Position numbers and translations under genes: made by a program
Source of the DNA: a virus
Taxonomy: Duplodnaviria; Caudoviricetes
DNA: 64,000 bases
Direction: 5' to 3' (one strand)
Virus record (IMG/VR): IMGVR_UViG_3300021387_001066
Span: 1-64,000 of that record
Notes under the pieces: model-generated
What the model was told of the DNA's origin: nothing
The model's input: the letters and a program-made list of their open reading frames with translations, nothing else
Databases searched by the model: none
Shown: positions 51,001 to 61,500 of the stretch, piece after piece
Numbering within the stretch: position 1 is the stretch's first letter
Layout of the letters: every line of letters starts with the position of its first letter

Positions 51001-53257
51001 CCTTAAGCTTAGATAGCATAAATACATCGTTGATAGCCTTACCCATCTGAGCTTTCCTATAGCTGAACTGGTCATTGCTTTCAGCAGCATTTTCCATCTG
51101 TGTCATCCAACTTGCAGTACCTGCAAGACCATCCCATTTAGCTCTGTTCTGTGGATCCTTCAGCCATTCAGTAAGAGTAGCTGCAGTATCATTGGCATCT
51201 GCCATTTCACTCCTTCTGTCAAAATAAGCATTCATTGCACCACTTCTCCAAGGAGTTACCCTTCTTGCATAGTCAAGCCAGCTTTCCTGCTCACCGTTAC
51301 TGTTATACCCTCTGCCTAAGTTTCTAGGGTCAAGTAAACTGTTTCTTACAAGGTTGCCATTACTGTCTCTATGATAGCCTCTACCTATGCCACCTACAGT
51401 ACCCATTGTAGAACTTACTGCACCTAAAATAGCAGCCTGTATGGACTCTTTACTGGTTAATGAATTTCCAAGTGCTGTAAGGGCTGCTGCATAGTCAGAG
51501 CCAAAGCTATCTGTTACCTTTGCTGAACCATCACCTTCAAACTTATTCTTGATAAACTCATTGATATTATTCTCTGCAGCACTGACAAATACATCATTAC
51601 TCAATCCCTGACCATATTCCTCAAGACCCTCACCAAGTGGCTCCTTAAGTACTTGAGTAATAGCACCAAGTGTACTTGACTTAGGTGTTACTACTCCTGA
51701 GGCATTTACACTGAATGCTGGATTCTTGTATGCCCACCCAAACATTCTGCTGTTTCTAAGTGTCTCCTGTACTCTTGGAGCCATAATGCCAGCCTTTAAT
51801 GTTTGATTGATAGCACCATTTATCAAGGAATTCACATAGAAGTTATGTATACCTGCCTTACTAGATGCCCAGTCAATCTGCCTTCTGGCTTCTAGATATT
51901 CATCTTGGTATTTATCCCAAGTATCTTTATAAACAGTGTCATAAGAAAAAGGCCTAGCTGATATTGTACCTTCATCAGTCTCAATAGTCATAAGAGGATT
52001 CAGATCATTATTGTTATAAAGTCTTTCTGCTTCTTTTTCTACTTTATCCTTATAATAGTTATCTAAATCTTCTACAGCTTTTCTTTCTACTTCAATCTTA
52101 GTATTCAGACCTTCCATTGCCCCTTCCATAGTACCTACAGCACCAGGTATTACAAACATATCTGTAACATTCTGTGCTCTCTTTATACCTCTAAGGGCTT
52201 TCTCTACACTTTCTACAGTCTTAAATACTTTCTCTGCGCTATGCAGTCTTGCTACTCCTTTAGTTAATGCTCCAAACAACTTACCAGCAATCTTGGCTTC
52301 GCCTGCACCTACCAGCATAGATAAAGCTGTAAAGCCTCCTGACTCTAAAGCTTGCCAAGGAGTAGCAGAAGAGAACAAAGCATCATCCTGTTCTTGTGTA
52401 GTAACGATGGCATTCTCTCCGATACCCTCAGGGTTGTATTTGGTTGCAGTTGCTTTAGTAGCAGCTATTCTTTCTGCAGCACTTTCATCAGAAATGCCTA
52501 ATACATTCTCAAGGCCTTGCAGTACATTACTTGCCTTAGCATGAGTAAGGTCCCTTCCATATCTTGTAATGTCATTGTCTATAGCAGCATCCAACATGCC
52601 ATCCCACCAACCAAGATCAGGACTTTGATTCTCAGGAGCATTACCTAAGGCATAGCTGATAGCACCATAGGCATTACCAAAAGCCTGAATAGCTCCACCT
52701 TCAATAGTAGGGCCAATGCTTGCCAAGCCATTCCACGCCTGTTCCAGCCAGCTTTGGTTATTTCCTACAATATCCTTGAATTGATTGTCCAACCAGATAT
52801 TGGCGTTGTCTTCACCATAAGCTTCCTTCCTTGCATCATACATGCTGGCAAGCTCCTTATATTGCTGGTCAGAGATAGGCAGTTTGTCTGTATTCTTATA
52901 TTTCTTATAGTAAGATGAGACTTCGTTGGCTATTCCATCAATATAGCTATTTGCATTGGTATTGGTAGAATTCCTCTCAGTACCATAATAGTCCTGCCTT
53001 TCATTTAAAACCTCTTGGTATCTGTCATCCAAATCTCTTTGATATCTGAGAGCATTGTTTAATATAAGTGCAGAAGTTGTATCAGCTTCTGATACATTTC
53101 TGTCTACTGTATTTAAACTGGGAATCTCCCTAACTACAAACTCATCTGGAGTAACTTCTTCTTCCTCCTTATAACCCATTTGTTGGTCTATAGCTCTCTG
53201 TTCTTCCTTTGACCTGTCTGAGGCTTTCAGACCTCTTAATGTTCTTAAATCTGGCAT
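45068..53257 (-). CDS. giant polyvalent ejection-type protein with C-terminal PD-(D/E)XK nuclease and ADP-ribosyltransferase-like domains
   Basis: AGTLDL...IFDMKT..W.RQISMY; MYRG...LYFTSSKEEAQDYA...EYIVKNP. Confidence 0.75.
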   Translation of the reverse strand: MPDLRTLRGLKASDRSKEEQRAIDQQMGYKEEEEVTPDEFVVREIPSLNTVDRNVSEADTTSALILNNALRYQRDLDDRYQEVLNERQDYYGTERNSTNTNANSYIDGIANEVSSYYKKYKNTDKLPISDQQYKELASMYDARKEAYGEDNANIWLDNQFKDIVGNNQSWLEQAWNGLASIGPTIEGGAIQAFGNAYGAISYALGNAPENQSPDLGWWDGMLDAAIDNDITRYGRDLTHAKASNVLQGLENVLGISDESAAERIAATKATATKYNPEGIGENAIVTTQEQDDALFSSATPWQALESGGFTALSMLVGAGEAKIAGKLFGALTKGVARLHSAEKVFKTVESVEKALRGIKRAQNVTDMFVIPGAVGTMEGAMEGLNTKIEVERKAVEDLDNYYKDKVEKEAERLYNNNDLNPLMTIETDEGTISARPFSYDTVYKDTWDKYQDEYLEARRQIDWASSKAGIHNFYVNSLINGAINQTLKAGIMAPRVQETLRNSRMFGWAYKNPAFSVNASGVVTPKSSTLGAITQVLKEPLGEGLEEYGQGLSNDVFVSAAENNINEFIKNKFEGDGSAKVTDSFGSDYAAALTALGNSLTSKESIQAAILGAVSSTMGTVGGIGRGYHRDSNGNLVRNSLLDPRNLGRGYNSNGEQESWLDYARRVTPWRSGAMNAYFDRRSEMADANDTAATLTEWLKDPQNRAKWDGLAGTASWMTQMENAAESNDQFSYRKAQMGKAINDVFMLSKLKGTEVYDTVMKDLQRASSMTVDSQDAQNIIQQVKDTDDGYLGMSDEEIVEKIQSNANRMLGLMSTAETESKSLDRLLGRIDEDTKQSLIFGKVMEQDFHEREEQLRDKLDTVKSGIKSSRSSNGTSMNDGLKNLIIKHGSITKAIHEQSKLQEQKEKLEKKVSELEAIDSDKTSDKQKEELVTSKAELRNVNSKLEEFKDLYEKDENGKSTGKVDSSLVQLVLNEQDIMDLDPITRAIMFAQGAAKYYNATHQNRQKIDQLNVEVDELNRKIDKAEAQRAKWINPDGKVKKHHNKQVQDIDKQISELKNQKSTKLKELDRERGIQDTKPIYSSEQQAVIDNLIQQGTARDANFVDKVIDMGRLEKGIKDYHTQYQAILSDPRAFQNYVQRAKYNAETDLIKRRAERISRIDDFEQYSQELDRLTANASQGEVYMINNFLRSENERAKKRYQETNGTESPQTNYDRYVENNQKQLDLIRQFAKNPNLTENDQSLLINAMQYLASKGIDVSDREAAVSALIERDEQGVQGGMFRKWIEAKNSAMLPQQRTAMPVFTSIGQVVSQYVDLINGKTEDAVNKGNLNPQVTPATTDDTQDGSTANTSPTPSPFPSTAQGPSLFDMGYSSPDGGQIVDGDGTVATDAQVKSMQQRQQDEAPEEKTAIEQAFEKVTTSEIAKSLNVADDIINNSNVSDEAKELARQYFMEIPNGDETYSNIDEILTAIQEQINRLKGQSNTQAEQKNKYNDAAGVLQKLYNSLNTKKLRGRGRTMPAPSTRTYQQRLGWILSANIAYIQSKNPDAWAVKFTDEHRIDGWHEEHTIDVNEPVFFITDSDWTAEVTTQMGSTANGKQYNTQKHLPLVAAIKVETPQNPNNTTAIEVDGQWYQPIAIMPSSDANTNTSPGAFMTEEIRKRASQLQGRHLVTVDGMPNSSPLITKVHGANYLKAHHRDATTATNRNNVQDNNTEVLDLLVTDYVNVIYGLQEADRLRALSREEMLADPVYQEARNKFLDGLSYSDAQDGPMKDRILFTPENHRSGEKGNPMMVFRKDMDKTTGRTSGKLLPEVLESGTGEEVASFNSRTQRLYDEVIRPLFQFLPLKKEQNREAMLITRQDLEANPNIYQEEVERLTKMLNGFNKTDDTKGLRGINDFIYITDANWRIQVTAPQASQVAGDDAASSKTVYKVFFVNSNYNASDPDSASIAPIPLGEINAGQRDTDGAMELLRNIMWDSQTNSIRSFLVWQTPKSDVQNLLNPDTTKAGRARRNYADIVDDGILTIAGSSLIYDVDGVELQAPVAVNDQGYTRIVYPYDTVVNPSNAKPSAPQNVTPQGDGAVVTKDGAQVDPDSGAKLDDTKQPERKESDKLKRAKEITQKIISDSKQFTLSEDETYYYITDNTTGERTKYLRVTTVIGADKSLPELTEAEAKRRRVKQYIWTPSTQEIYDKLRGKHNLEDRTPEQLAAYKSIDQMSADLKVSTADIRRAVAELRTQHKQEKYGAWGTPSTSIGNTVDVITRDFLAGHIKDSYPNITKEALQAFVHELELFKNDLDSRGIHVVSEGIMAHGNITMTGADGTTHDVKVAGTLDLFGYDDDGNFYIFDMKTVRDHSTAKLTSEKAKWSRQISMYADLLKQSYGVEVDPKNLRIIPIEVDYPTPRGSRDNGLDPMGPEYSETANGQLQITSKGLYKENGKPVVMYRGYALTENREATSIQETIGHTAVDYDDSLKGALYFTSSKEEAQDYANARTDKSPEPPTQENPQGRPLNRHYTGDYAKVSQYHIAANAKVKHYKDIRDYIKNGKNSKADVIVLDKGTLQTDNNEYIVKNPNVIVQSNNLTSFTASNPKMKGTALKNQFQPGYTPFNIGWDNLSSEDQDIMTALTVEAPSGDSAAPQAAEIETSKRISPAFVDDGSIGLDDFKDFIPTPPLVVPNGQTAILPAWEKLSNAAKGYLQNEWGVSNMDQYNEMLSSPDDVLLLEEQMKCRGLL

Positions 53258-53268
53258 ACTCTATTATT

Positions 53269-54777
53269 TTAATGCACTGCAATCAAATAACCTTTTTTCT
53301 TACTATCCTTCTCGTTAGGAACTTCTATAAGCTGAATGTCAAGATTCAATGCAGCATCACTGTTAGGGTCTACACCCATCTTCTCAAGATAACTGCTTAC
53401 TTGAGCATTGAAAGCTTCCAGTAATTCAGGATTCTGTGAAAGCAATCTTGTTACATCATCAGAAGACAACACTCTCATATCAGGACTATCACTGCCTTCA
53501 GCAGAGAAGTTACCCCACTTACTCTCTACATTGGAAGAGGATTGGAATCCCCAACCATGTCCTGGTACATCATCTCCAATAGCACCATATCTCCATTTAC
53601 CCCTACTGTTTGTCAAGGCACCTATATAATCATAGTGATGTCTGTTATCGCCGAATGTAACATCAAATCCTTCATTATGTGCTAAATCAGCCTTCTTAAG
53701 CTTCATAAGCTCTGTACCCTTAGCCTTAGCACTGCTGGCTTCTGCCTTCTCTATAGGAGACTGAGATGAAGTCTTTCTTCTCCACTTACCATCAGGAGTC
53801 AGCTCATAGTTATCCATGTTGGTATAGCTAGGATTGTATCCTATAACATTACCATCTTCATCATAGTTATACCTGAGTTGTCTTTCAATATCTAAGTCTT
53901 TCTTTTCTTCGTCCCATTTTTCTTTGGCAATATTGGTATTAACCCAAGCTCTCGCAGAAGCATCTTGTTCAGCTCTGCTCATAACTCCAAGATCTCTTGT
54001 AGGATTGATATCTTCCTTATACACAGCACCATCAATTATACCATTGATGACTCCCTGCCTTGCCCTTTCAAGATTATTACCTGTCAAGTTGCTATAAGCT
54101 CCAGTCTCTCTTAGAATATCATCTGCTGCCTGTTGGAGTTCTGGAATAGCAGAAGCGTTTGCTCTGAAAGCATTTATGCTGTCAGCACTATAACCATTCT
54201 TCTCTCCCCACATTCTATAGTATCCTCCAAGTGTACTTCCTAAATCTCCAAAGTTATATATCCTTGAAGATGCAGCCTTACCAGCATTCTGACCTCTTGT
54301 ATATAAATCATTACCACTAATGCCATAGAGGTTTGGAGTGTTGTTATCAAGATACATATCAATGTCCAGATTATCCAGAGCATAAAGCATTGTTGGGTCT
54401 TTGATACTCATCTGCCTTCTGAGATCAATCTCTTTATCCAATCTAGTCTGTGCTTCATCAAGTCTTCCAATCTCCCCAGAGTATCTTCTTCTAAGATTAG
54501 ACAGAGCCCTTCTGTTATTCATTGAAAGCCCATTGGTTGCCAAGTCAGCAGCCTGTGCATTAAGTTCATTGGCATATCCTTCATAGAGTTGCCTTGCCTT
54601 ACTTCCTTCTGGAAGATTCTCTGAAAGATACTTGAACTTATCTGCCTTTGACGTTAAGTCAGTATAAGTTTCATCAGCCTGTTCATAAGCCTCCTTGTAT
54701 GCATTGAAAGGCACAAGCATTTCCTGCATACTAAATGGACGGAATGAATTATTTATGACGTAGCTATAATTTGGCAT
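53269..54777 (-). CDS. crAss-like internal virion/cargo protein
   Basis: NNSFRPFSMQEMLVP N-terminus; position between the cargo and giant genes. Confidence 0.6.
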   Translation of the reverse strand: MPNYSYVINNSFRPFSMQEMLVPFNAYKEAYEQADETYTDLTSKADKFKYLSENLPEGSKARQLYEGYANELNAQAADLATNGLSMNNRRALSNLRRRYSGEIGRLDEAQTRLDKEIDLRRQMSIKDPTMLYALDNLDIDMYLDNNTPNLYGISGNDLYTRGQNAGKAASSRIYNFGDLGSTLGGYYRMWGEKNGYSADSINAFRANASAIPELQQAADDILRETGAYSNLTGNNLERARQGVINGIIDGAVYKEDINPTRDLGVMSRAEQDASARAWVNTNIAKEKWDEEKKDLDIERQLRYNYDEDGNVIGYNPSYTNMDNYELTPDGKWRRKTSSQSPIEKAEASSAKAKGTELMKLKKADLAHNEGFDVTFGDNRHHYDYIGALTNSRGKWRYGAIGDDVPGHGWGFQSSSNVESKWGNFSAEGSDSPDMRVLSSDDVTRLLSQNPELLEAFNAQVSSYLEKMGVDPNSDAALNLDIQLIEVPNEKDSKKKGYLIAVH

Positions 54778-54793
54778 TATCTACTCCTCCATA

Positions 54794-57700
54794 TTAAAAT
54801 GTTAAACCTCTCTTCTTTTTCTTCAGCTTACCGCCTTTAGACGTTACATAACCTCTTCCAATATTCTGGTTTTTGGTTATTACACCAAATAAGCCATCAG
54901 CAGCCATGTCAGCTACAGTATTATGTTCAGCATTCTCCCTTCCTAAGTCACTAATTCCTTGGAAGAGATTACCTATATTAGCATAGATACTACCGTACCA
55001 ATCACTATCAGCATTCATCTTCTGAGATGCTATATTGGATGCAAGCTGTGCTCTATACTGCCTATCAGCATTTCTTGCCTGTGCATTGGCAAGAGCCACT
55101 TGATTATAGGCATTAGCATTCTGTATATTAGTACCTCTGTTGAAATCAGCAACTTGCTTTCTGAGGTTGTCATTATACTCAAGGGCCTGCCTGTAGAGTT
55201 GCCCATTTGCTATCTGATTATTGTATGCACTAGCAAGAAGTCCAGCTGCCCTTGAAGCAGAATTATTATTGAGCAATGCTCTGTCAGTAGCTCTTGCATT
55301 GGCATTCAATCTATTTTGCTCAGCCCAAATATCCATAGGCCTGTATGCAATGTAGTCTCCAATAGGCTTGTAGTCTGCCATTGCAGCTCCAGTCCTATTA
55401 TACCCTTCAAGAACAGAATTAAGGCTTGATGTATCAGGTCTTCCAAAGCCAGCGGCCTGTAATCCAAGACCTACTGCAGGACCAAACAAACCTACATATC
55501 TTGGCCATTCTGCCCTATGAATAGGTCTGACATCTCCTACTACATGATTGGCAGCAGTACTACTAGGATCAGTAACATCACTTGAATTAGTTGCCACATT
55601 AATACCCCTCGCTTTTAATTCAGTATCATCTGGAAGTTCCCTCTCTGTTGCTGTAGTAGGCAATCCTTCAATACTTCTTGTCTGTACATCTGGTGAAGAG
55701 ATGGCACTCAATCCATACAACTGATAACCATTATCCCCATAAGTCATGTTTAGATTGGCTGAATACCTAAGTCCTGCCCTCCTAGCCATTTCATCTATAT
55801 CCCTATAATATTCAGGATCTGTGAAATATTCAGTAGAACCCCAATTTCTAAGAGATGTTTTTGGGCCCCACAGAGAATCAGGCTCAAAGTCATTTTCTAC
55901 ATTATCTGTTGTGTTGTGACCTGCAGGAATATTAATTGCATCTGCTATATTACTAAAGTACTTGTTGCCTCCTGCATTTCTGAAAGCAGTCTGTAACTTA
56001 AGTACAGCTTCTTTTCTTTTGGAAGGAGTCAAATTACTCTGATAAGCATCAGCATAAGCTTGTTGTATATCATTTACTGTCTTAATGGCTTCATTTCTAA
56101 TAGCATCTTTCTCTTTTAAGTTAGGAGCTGCTTCAACTCTCTTAGCTACATCCTCAAGATAATCCATCAATCCTTGTCTAACGTATACATGCCAATTAGA
56201 TGCAGTGTCTCCAGTTTTCCACGTACCTGCATTTACCATCTGGCTTGTACCATCTTGAGTGCCATCAAACTTGTTGACAAGCTTACCTCCATTAGCAGCT
56301 ACTACAGGCTCTTGTGTCATTTGCATATTAGCGTCTTGTGGAAGTACTTGCTCTTGAGGTACTTCTTCAGCAGGAACTTGCCCCATCATCTCTGGAGGTA
56401 CTTGTTGATTCATAGCTTGCTGTTCAGCCATAGCATGTTCCTCAATAGCAGCTTCCTGTGTTGCTTGTTCCTGAGCTTGTGCTTCTTGCATTACTGCAAC
56501 TTGCTCTTCAGGACTTAATGCTTCAAATGCCCTCCTTGCTTCTTCTGCCTGCATCTCAGCCTTCTGTCTTTCCTGCTGATTAGCAAGGTTTTCCATCTGT
56601 ACTTTAAGTGCAGCCTTTGATATAGGATCATTAGGTCTTTCCAAAGATTCCTTCTCCAGTTTCTTTGCAAGGTCTGCATAGGTAATTGCTCTCTTCTTTG
56701 AAATGTGGAATGCTTGCTTAGTTTCATCATCAGCTTCTATTCTAGCAGAATATACATAGTCATTGTAGATAACCTCACCTTCCTCAACAAGGTTTGGAAT
56801 ACCTTGATTATCAACACCTACTTGAATTCCATCGTTAGGATTTTCCTCATGTGTGCCGCCAGCCCCGATAGTTACTAAACCGTTGGTCCAATCAGTTCCA
56901 TTTGTCTGATAGTCACCACCCAAGGCAAACATTTTACCTCCACCACATAGTACATTAAGTGGGCCACCTGCAGATTTCTTTCTTTCAGTATGTTTCTTTT
57001 CAGTAACTACAGGAACAAAAGTAATTTCCTTTCTAGCATTACCAGCTTCTTCCCAACCTTTTTTATTAGCATATTCCACAGGATGAGTAACTCCATTAAA
57101 TTTAAATTCTGTAAGACCTTTTCTTGCAGCTTCTCTAAAAGCGTCATTAAAATTTCTCTCTACGGGAACCCAAATAGTATCATTGGTTACAGTAGTTTCA
57201 TATTCTGGTAAATCCCAATTCTTTGTACCAGCACCACCACCAATACCTCTTCCACCACCATAGGTACCTCCCTTATGATAGCTATCATAAAGGTCTTTGA
57301 TTTGCTCAATACCAGACTTAGTGTTTGTACCTACATATCTACTGAGAGGTCCACCTTGAGGGAAGAGCTTATCAGTAGTATCTAAAAGACCACCATAAGC
57401 CTTGGACCATTTGCGAGCATTACGTGCAAAAGTGATCATTTTTCTTACTTCAGGTCTGCCTTCTGCCCAAAGTTCTGCTTCAGTCTTACCAGTTCTCTTC
57501 TTAAGAGCTGTAAGCCTGCCTGGGTGTTTAATCTCTATACCACCATCTGCAAATACGTTAGGTATAGATGCTACACCATCAAGTTTATTTTTATTCTCTG
57601 ACTGCTTCTGCTTAGTGAGCAGATAATCAGACATCAGAGAGTAGTTGGTTGCACCCATATTATCACTGCTTAAAGAGTCAAGTAAACCTCCATACGCTGC

Positions 57701-58429
57701 AAAGTTAGACATAACATTTGAATTCTGAATAGAATCTACATTATTTGCACCTAACATCAAGCCCTGTCCTTGATAAGCAAGTGCTGCATTCTCTTGATTG
57801 ATAAGCTTTTGGCCTTTCTTTCGTGCTTTATCTTTGGCAAACCAACCACCCTTATAAAGGTCTTTAGTACCAAAGTCAGAAGAAGAAGCCATATTACTTG
57901 AAGCATCTATAAGACTGCCAGTAGTTGTAGAAGAAGCAAGCTCATTGCCTGTAGTTCTTGCCAACCCCGTATTGTTCTTAATACTAGCTATATTAGGTTT
58001 ATTCTCCTTGATACCCCATCCAGCATTGATTAAACCACCAAGTAAACCAGAGCCTAAAGATACAGCAGCACCAATAGGACCCCCAATACCACTGCCTATG
58101 GTATTTCCAATACTAGAAACACCTTCTCCAATGCCACCAGTAGAATAGCCATTACTGATAAGACTTGTAGCAAATGGAGATATGGCAGTAGCTGCTGTAG
58201 ATAATGTTCCACCTATATTGCCTTTACTGAATGGATTGTCTGCTTTTGAAATTCCAAACCAATTATTTCCAGTACTATTCATATAATCTTCAACAGTATA
58301 CCCAGTATCTCCATACTTTGCACCATAGGCAGCAGATGCCAGTCTGTCCCATCTAGCAGCACTACCACCACCTGCAAATAAGTTCTTATTCCACTTGTTC
58401 ACAGTATATAACTTGTCTTTCTTCTTCAT
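54794..58429 (-). CDS. crAss-like modular cargo/structural protein
   Basis: GGTHEENP..GIQVG...LVEEGE domain; repeated AxGG motifs; probable start is ATG 58429 (track uses GTG 58447). Confidence 0.7.
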   Translation of the reverse strand: MKKKDKLYTVNKWNKNLFAGGGSAARWDRLASAAYGAKYGDTGYTVEDYMNSTGNNWFGISKADNPFSKGNIGGTLSTAATAISPFATSLISNGYSTGGIGEGVSSIGNTIGSGIGGPIGAAVSLGSGLLGGLINAGWGIKENKPNIASIKNNTGLARTTGNELASSTTTGSLIDASSNMASSSDFGTKDLYKGGWFAKDKARKKGQKLINQENAALAYQGQGLMLGANNVDSIQNSNVMSNFAAYGGLLDSLSSDNMGATNYSLMSDYLLTKQKQSENKNKLDGVASIPNVFADGGIEIKHPGRLTALKKRTGKTEAELWAEGRPEVRKMITFARNARKWSKAYGGLLDTTDKLFPQGGPLSRYVGTNTKSGIEQIKDLYDSYHKGGTYGGGRGIGGGAGTKNWDLPEYETTVTNDTIWVPVERNFNDAFREAARKGLTEFKFNGVTHPVEYANKKGWEEAGNARKEITFVPVVTEKKHTERKKSAGGPLNVLCGGGKMFALGGDYQTNGTDWTNGLVTIGAGGTHEENPNDGIQVGVDNQGIPNLVEEGEVIYNDYVYSARIEADDETKQAFHISKKRAITYADLAKKLEKESLERPNDPISKAALKVQMENLANQQERQKAEMQAEEARRAFEALSPEEQVAVMQEAQAQEQATQEAAIEEHAMAEQQAMNQQVPPEMMGQVPAEEVPQEQVLPQDANMQMTQEPVVAANGGKLVNKFDGTQDGTSQMVNAGTWKTGDTASNWHVYVRQGLMDYLEDVAKRVEAAPNLKEKDAIRNEAIKTVNDIQQAYADAYQSNLTPSKRKEAVLKLQTAFRNAGGNKYFSNIADAINIPAGHNTTDNVENDFEPDSLWGPKTSLRNWGSTEYFTDPEYYRDIDEMARRAGLRYSANLNMTYGDNGYQLYGLSAISSPDVQTRSIEGLPTTATERELPDDTELKARGINVATNSSDVTDPSSTAANHVVGDVRPIHRAEWPRYVGLFGPAVGLGLQAAGFGRPDTSSLNSVLEGYNRTGAAMADYKPIGDYIAYRPMDIWAEQNRLNANARATDRALLNNNSASRAAGLLASAYNNQIANGQLYRQALEYNDNLRKQVADFNRGTNIQNANAYNQVALANAQARNADRQYRAQLASNIASQKMNADSDWYGSIYANIGNLFQGISDLGRENAEHNTVADMAADGLFGVITKNQNIGRGYVTSKGGKLKKKKRGLTF

Positions 58430-58446
58430 AAGAATATATTTATTCA

Positions 58447-58454
58447 CAAAAATA
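58447..58454 (-). promoter_or_regulatory. Bacteroidota -7 element TATTTTTG for the cargo operon
   Basis: CAAAAATA on the + strand, about 18 nt upstream of the ATG. Confidence 0.55.
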
Positions 58455-58495
58455 ACCTTTTAGGTTGTGCAGTACAATTTTCTTAGCTATATAAT

Positions 58496-58533
58496 AAAAA
58501 AAGGTAAGGAAACCACTAAGATTTCCCTACCTT
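58496..58533 (-). terminator. intrinsic terminator after the muzzle gene
   Basis: AAGGTAAGGAAA...TTTCCCTACCTT stem with an A-run on the + strand. Confidence 0.7.
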
Positions 58534-58557
58534 AAATATATATGGAGTTTTGCAAGT

Positions 58558-61500
58558 CTATGAGAAGTATATCATGGTCATATCATGTACTTCAGTCCTA
58601 TGCTGATAAGATCCACTTTCAGCAGCATTCTTCTGAAGTTTCAGATATACCCAAGGATTTCTCATTCTGTCCATAGGTCTTACCTTGAACCTCTTGATAT
58701 TCATACCAGCATCAGATGCTAAAGGAGCATTATCCCTTGGAATATCACATGCCCACATCCTGAACTTCCTCTTGATAGCAGCAAGTCCATCAGAAGTATG
58801 GTGTAATACTGACTTATGACCAGTCATGTGACTGAGTATAGCCTTACCATGCTGATATTCATCCCATGCTTCCAAGTAGTCAAATGGAAGGGTAGGAGTG
58901 AACTTATTATCAGTTTCAGTACCCTCACCATCTATAGTTGCCCTAAACTCAAGATTAGTAAATATCTTGTCGGTAGTAGGCTCTGGATTACCCACGAGAG
59001 TCATGGAGAATGGCTTGTTTACACCAAAGAAGTTACAGTATTCCCCTGCATTATGCTTCCATAGGGAACCATCAGCCCTTACCCAAACGCCTGTATCATC
59101 AAGGTTATTAAAGTAAGGCGTACTCCCATAGTCATAGAATGATGTAAATGCATTCATCCTTTCCGAGAAAGCTAAGCTTGTATTCTTATTGGTAAATAGA
59201 ATATCCTGATTAAGCTTATCATAGTAAGCAGTGAAGTTATCATAGTCCACAGGATTCCACTTGAAGTCTGATGATGGAATATTCTGCTTAGACCATACAT
59301 TAAATCCTCCCTGAAGTGAGAGGTTCTGAAGCTGTCCGTTGAAGAGGTATATACTCTTGTCTTTTGAGTCCATAAAGTACAAGCCTGTTGGAGCAGTAGC
59401 TATTGCCCACTTGTTTGAGCATCCTATAGTATCAGAGAAATACCTCTTACCCTGTACCTTGCCAGAGTTGGCTATCTCAATAGGCACTCCTTCAGTAGAG
59501 GATATCTGTACATTCTCATTATAGAGTATCTGAGATATACCTGTATCTTGGAATGCTATGAGCTGATTATTAAGCCTTCTTATGGCATTGATAGAGCCCT
59601 TGTCACCATCAAGATAGTCTGTAGAAGCTAAGGTTACATGAGTATATTCATCTACATCAGCTCCAGGAATCTTAGTTTGAGAATAGTAATATTGGTTTGG
59701 ATATACATGTTCTGTAAGACCACCATCCTCCACCTTCTTTGAAGTAAAGAAGTTATCCTTCTGAGAGTATACTGGATTAAGCAAATTGAAGTTCACTGGA
59801 GACATGTTGGTATTATCTACCTGTCCTCTGTTTCTGTCATACCTACCGTCTATGTTCACATGAGTTTCACACATGAAAGAAAGTATCTCTACAAGCTGGT
59901 TGGTGTCTTCTGGTGTAAATGCATAGGTCTTAAGACAGTCGTACCTCTGATAGTATGTATCACCATCAGTCCACTTCAGAGTAATACTGCTAACACCATC
60001 AATATTCATTGTAGGGCCAGCTACCAACCAGTTATTGTGCATCAGTGCATCTAATGTATTACCACCAAACTGATTAATAGGCTCCTTATAAAGCTCACCA
60101 ATCCAAAGGAAGTTGTGGGCTATAGGAGTATTGTTATGCTTAAACAAGTTTGACATATTTACTCCTGTGTGGTAGAATGTCATCTTGGTATCCCCCCAAA
60201 AAGACTCATAGGCATTTGAGTCATCTACAGGATTTTCATATTGCCCCACATGTATATTCCCCCAGATTCCATAAGGCAACAATTTTATGTCATTGTTATC
60301 ATTCAAACCTAAAGCCAGTACAGCGTGAGTACCAGATTTATATTTCATCAGTATAGGACTTGTAACCTTTTCTTGTGTATCAGAGCTCTTTGATATAACT
60401 CTTCCCCCAGCCCTCTGTCTAGTTCTTTCTTCTGCTGTGGAGTCTGAGGAGTTTTCTCCTTCTGAGTCAGTAAGTGTAAATATCCTATATCCATCTTTAT
60501 TGTAGAGTACCTTATCTATGTTTGGATAGTAGTTGATTTCAGAAGAAGTCTCTTTCTGCCTAGGTAATCTCATATTATGTACATAGTCATTCTCCTGCAG
60601 ATGAATCTGGCATTCAACAGCATCTAGGTTTATATTACTAAGATTACCATGCTCATGAAAATACTCTGTATTGATAGAATACAGCATAGTAGATTCTTTC
60701 TTTGTCTTAAGAAGTGATGATGCATATTCTGCAGGTCTCATGTCATTGTTCAATGAACCACTCCTATGCCAAGGATAAACAGGGAAGTCATATATTGCAC
60801 CCTTAGTTTCCACTTGGTCATTAGCATCTAAGTCTTTATCAGTTTTCTTCTGTACAAACACATCGTTCCAAAGAAAGTCAGCAACGAGTCTTTTCCCTCC
60901 AAAAATATCGACATTCTCATGTATTACTGTTGAGTTATTTTCACCAGAGCCATATTGGAAAAGACTACTATCTGTTGAATTATTGTGTAGAGTTTCCAGC
61001 ATAGCTGATGAGGTTGTTATGCTATGTGCAGAAACACTTGCAGTGATAGGCACAGCACCGATAATTTTCAGTTTAAGGTTGTCTGTTCCATAGGTCTGAA
61101 CATCAGTATCAAAATCCAAGTCAGGAGAATGAAAAGTTACTATACTTTGGTCCACATAGAACTGGGTATTTGAAGGGGATTCAATATCAACTCCAATTCT
61201 TCCTCCTCTTCTTGCAGCTCCTGTTCTGTTAGGATCTCCTATGTTCCCCTGTACATACTTATATATAGGTGAGATGTTTGTTCCAACAGAACCTTGTATC
61301 TCTACCATTCTAGTTAAGTCAGTATCCTGTTGGGCCTCTTGAGAACTATAAATAGAATCATAGTGCTTGTATCTAAGCCAGTCTCCAGATATATTACTTG
61401 TGTTTATATTATAGTCTTGAGCCATTTGATCTATACTAGACAGCTTTACAACATACCCTGTAACATTATCATGGAACCAAAATGAAACATCAGTCATACT

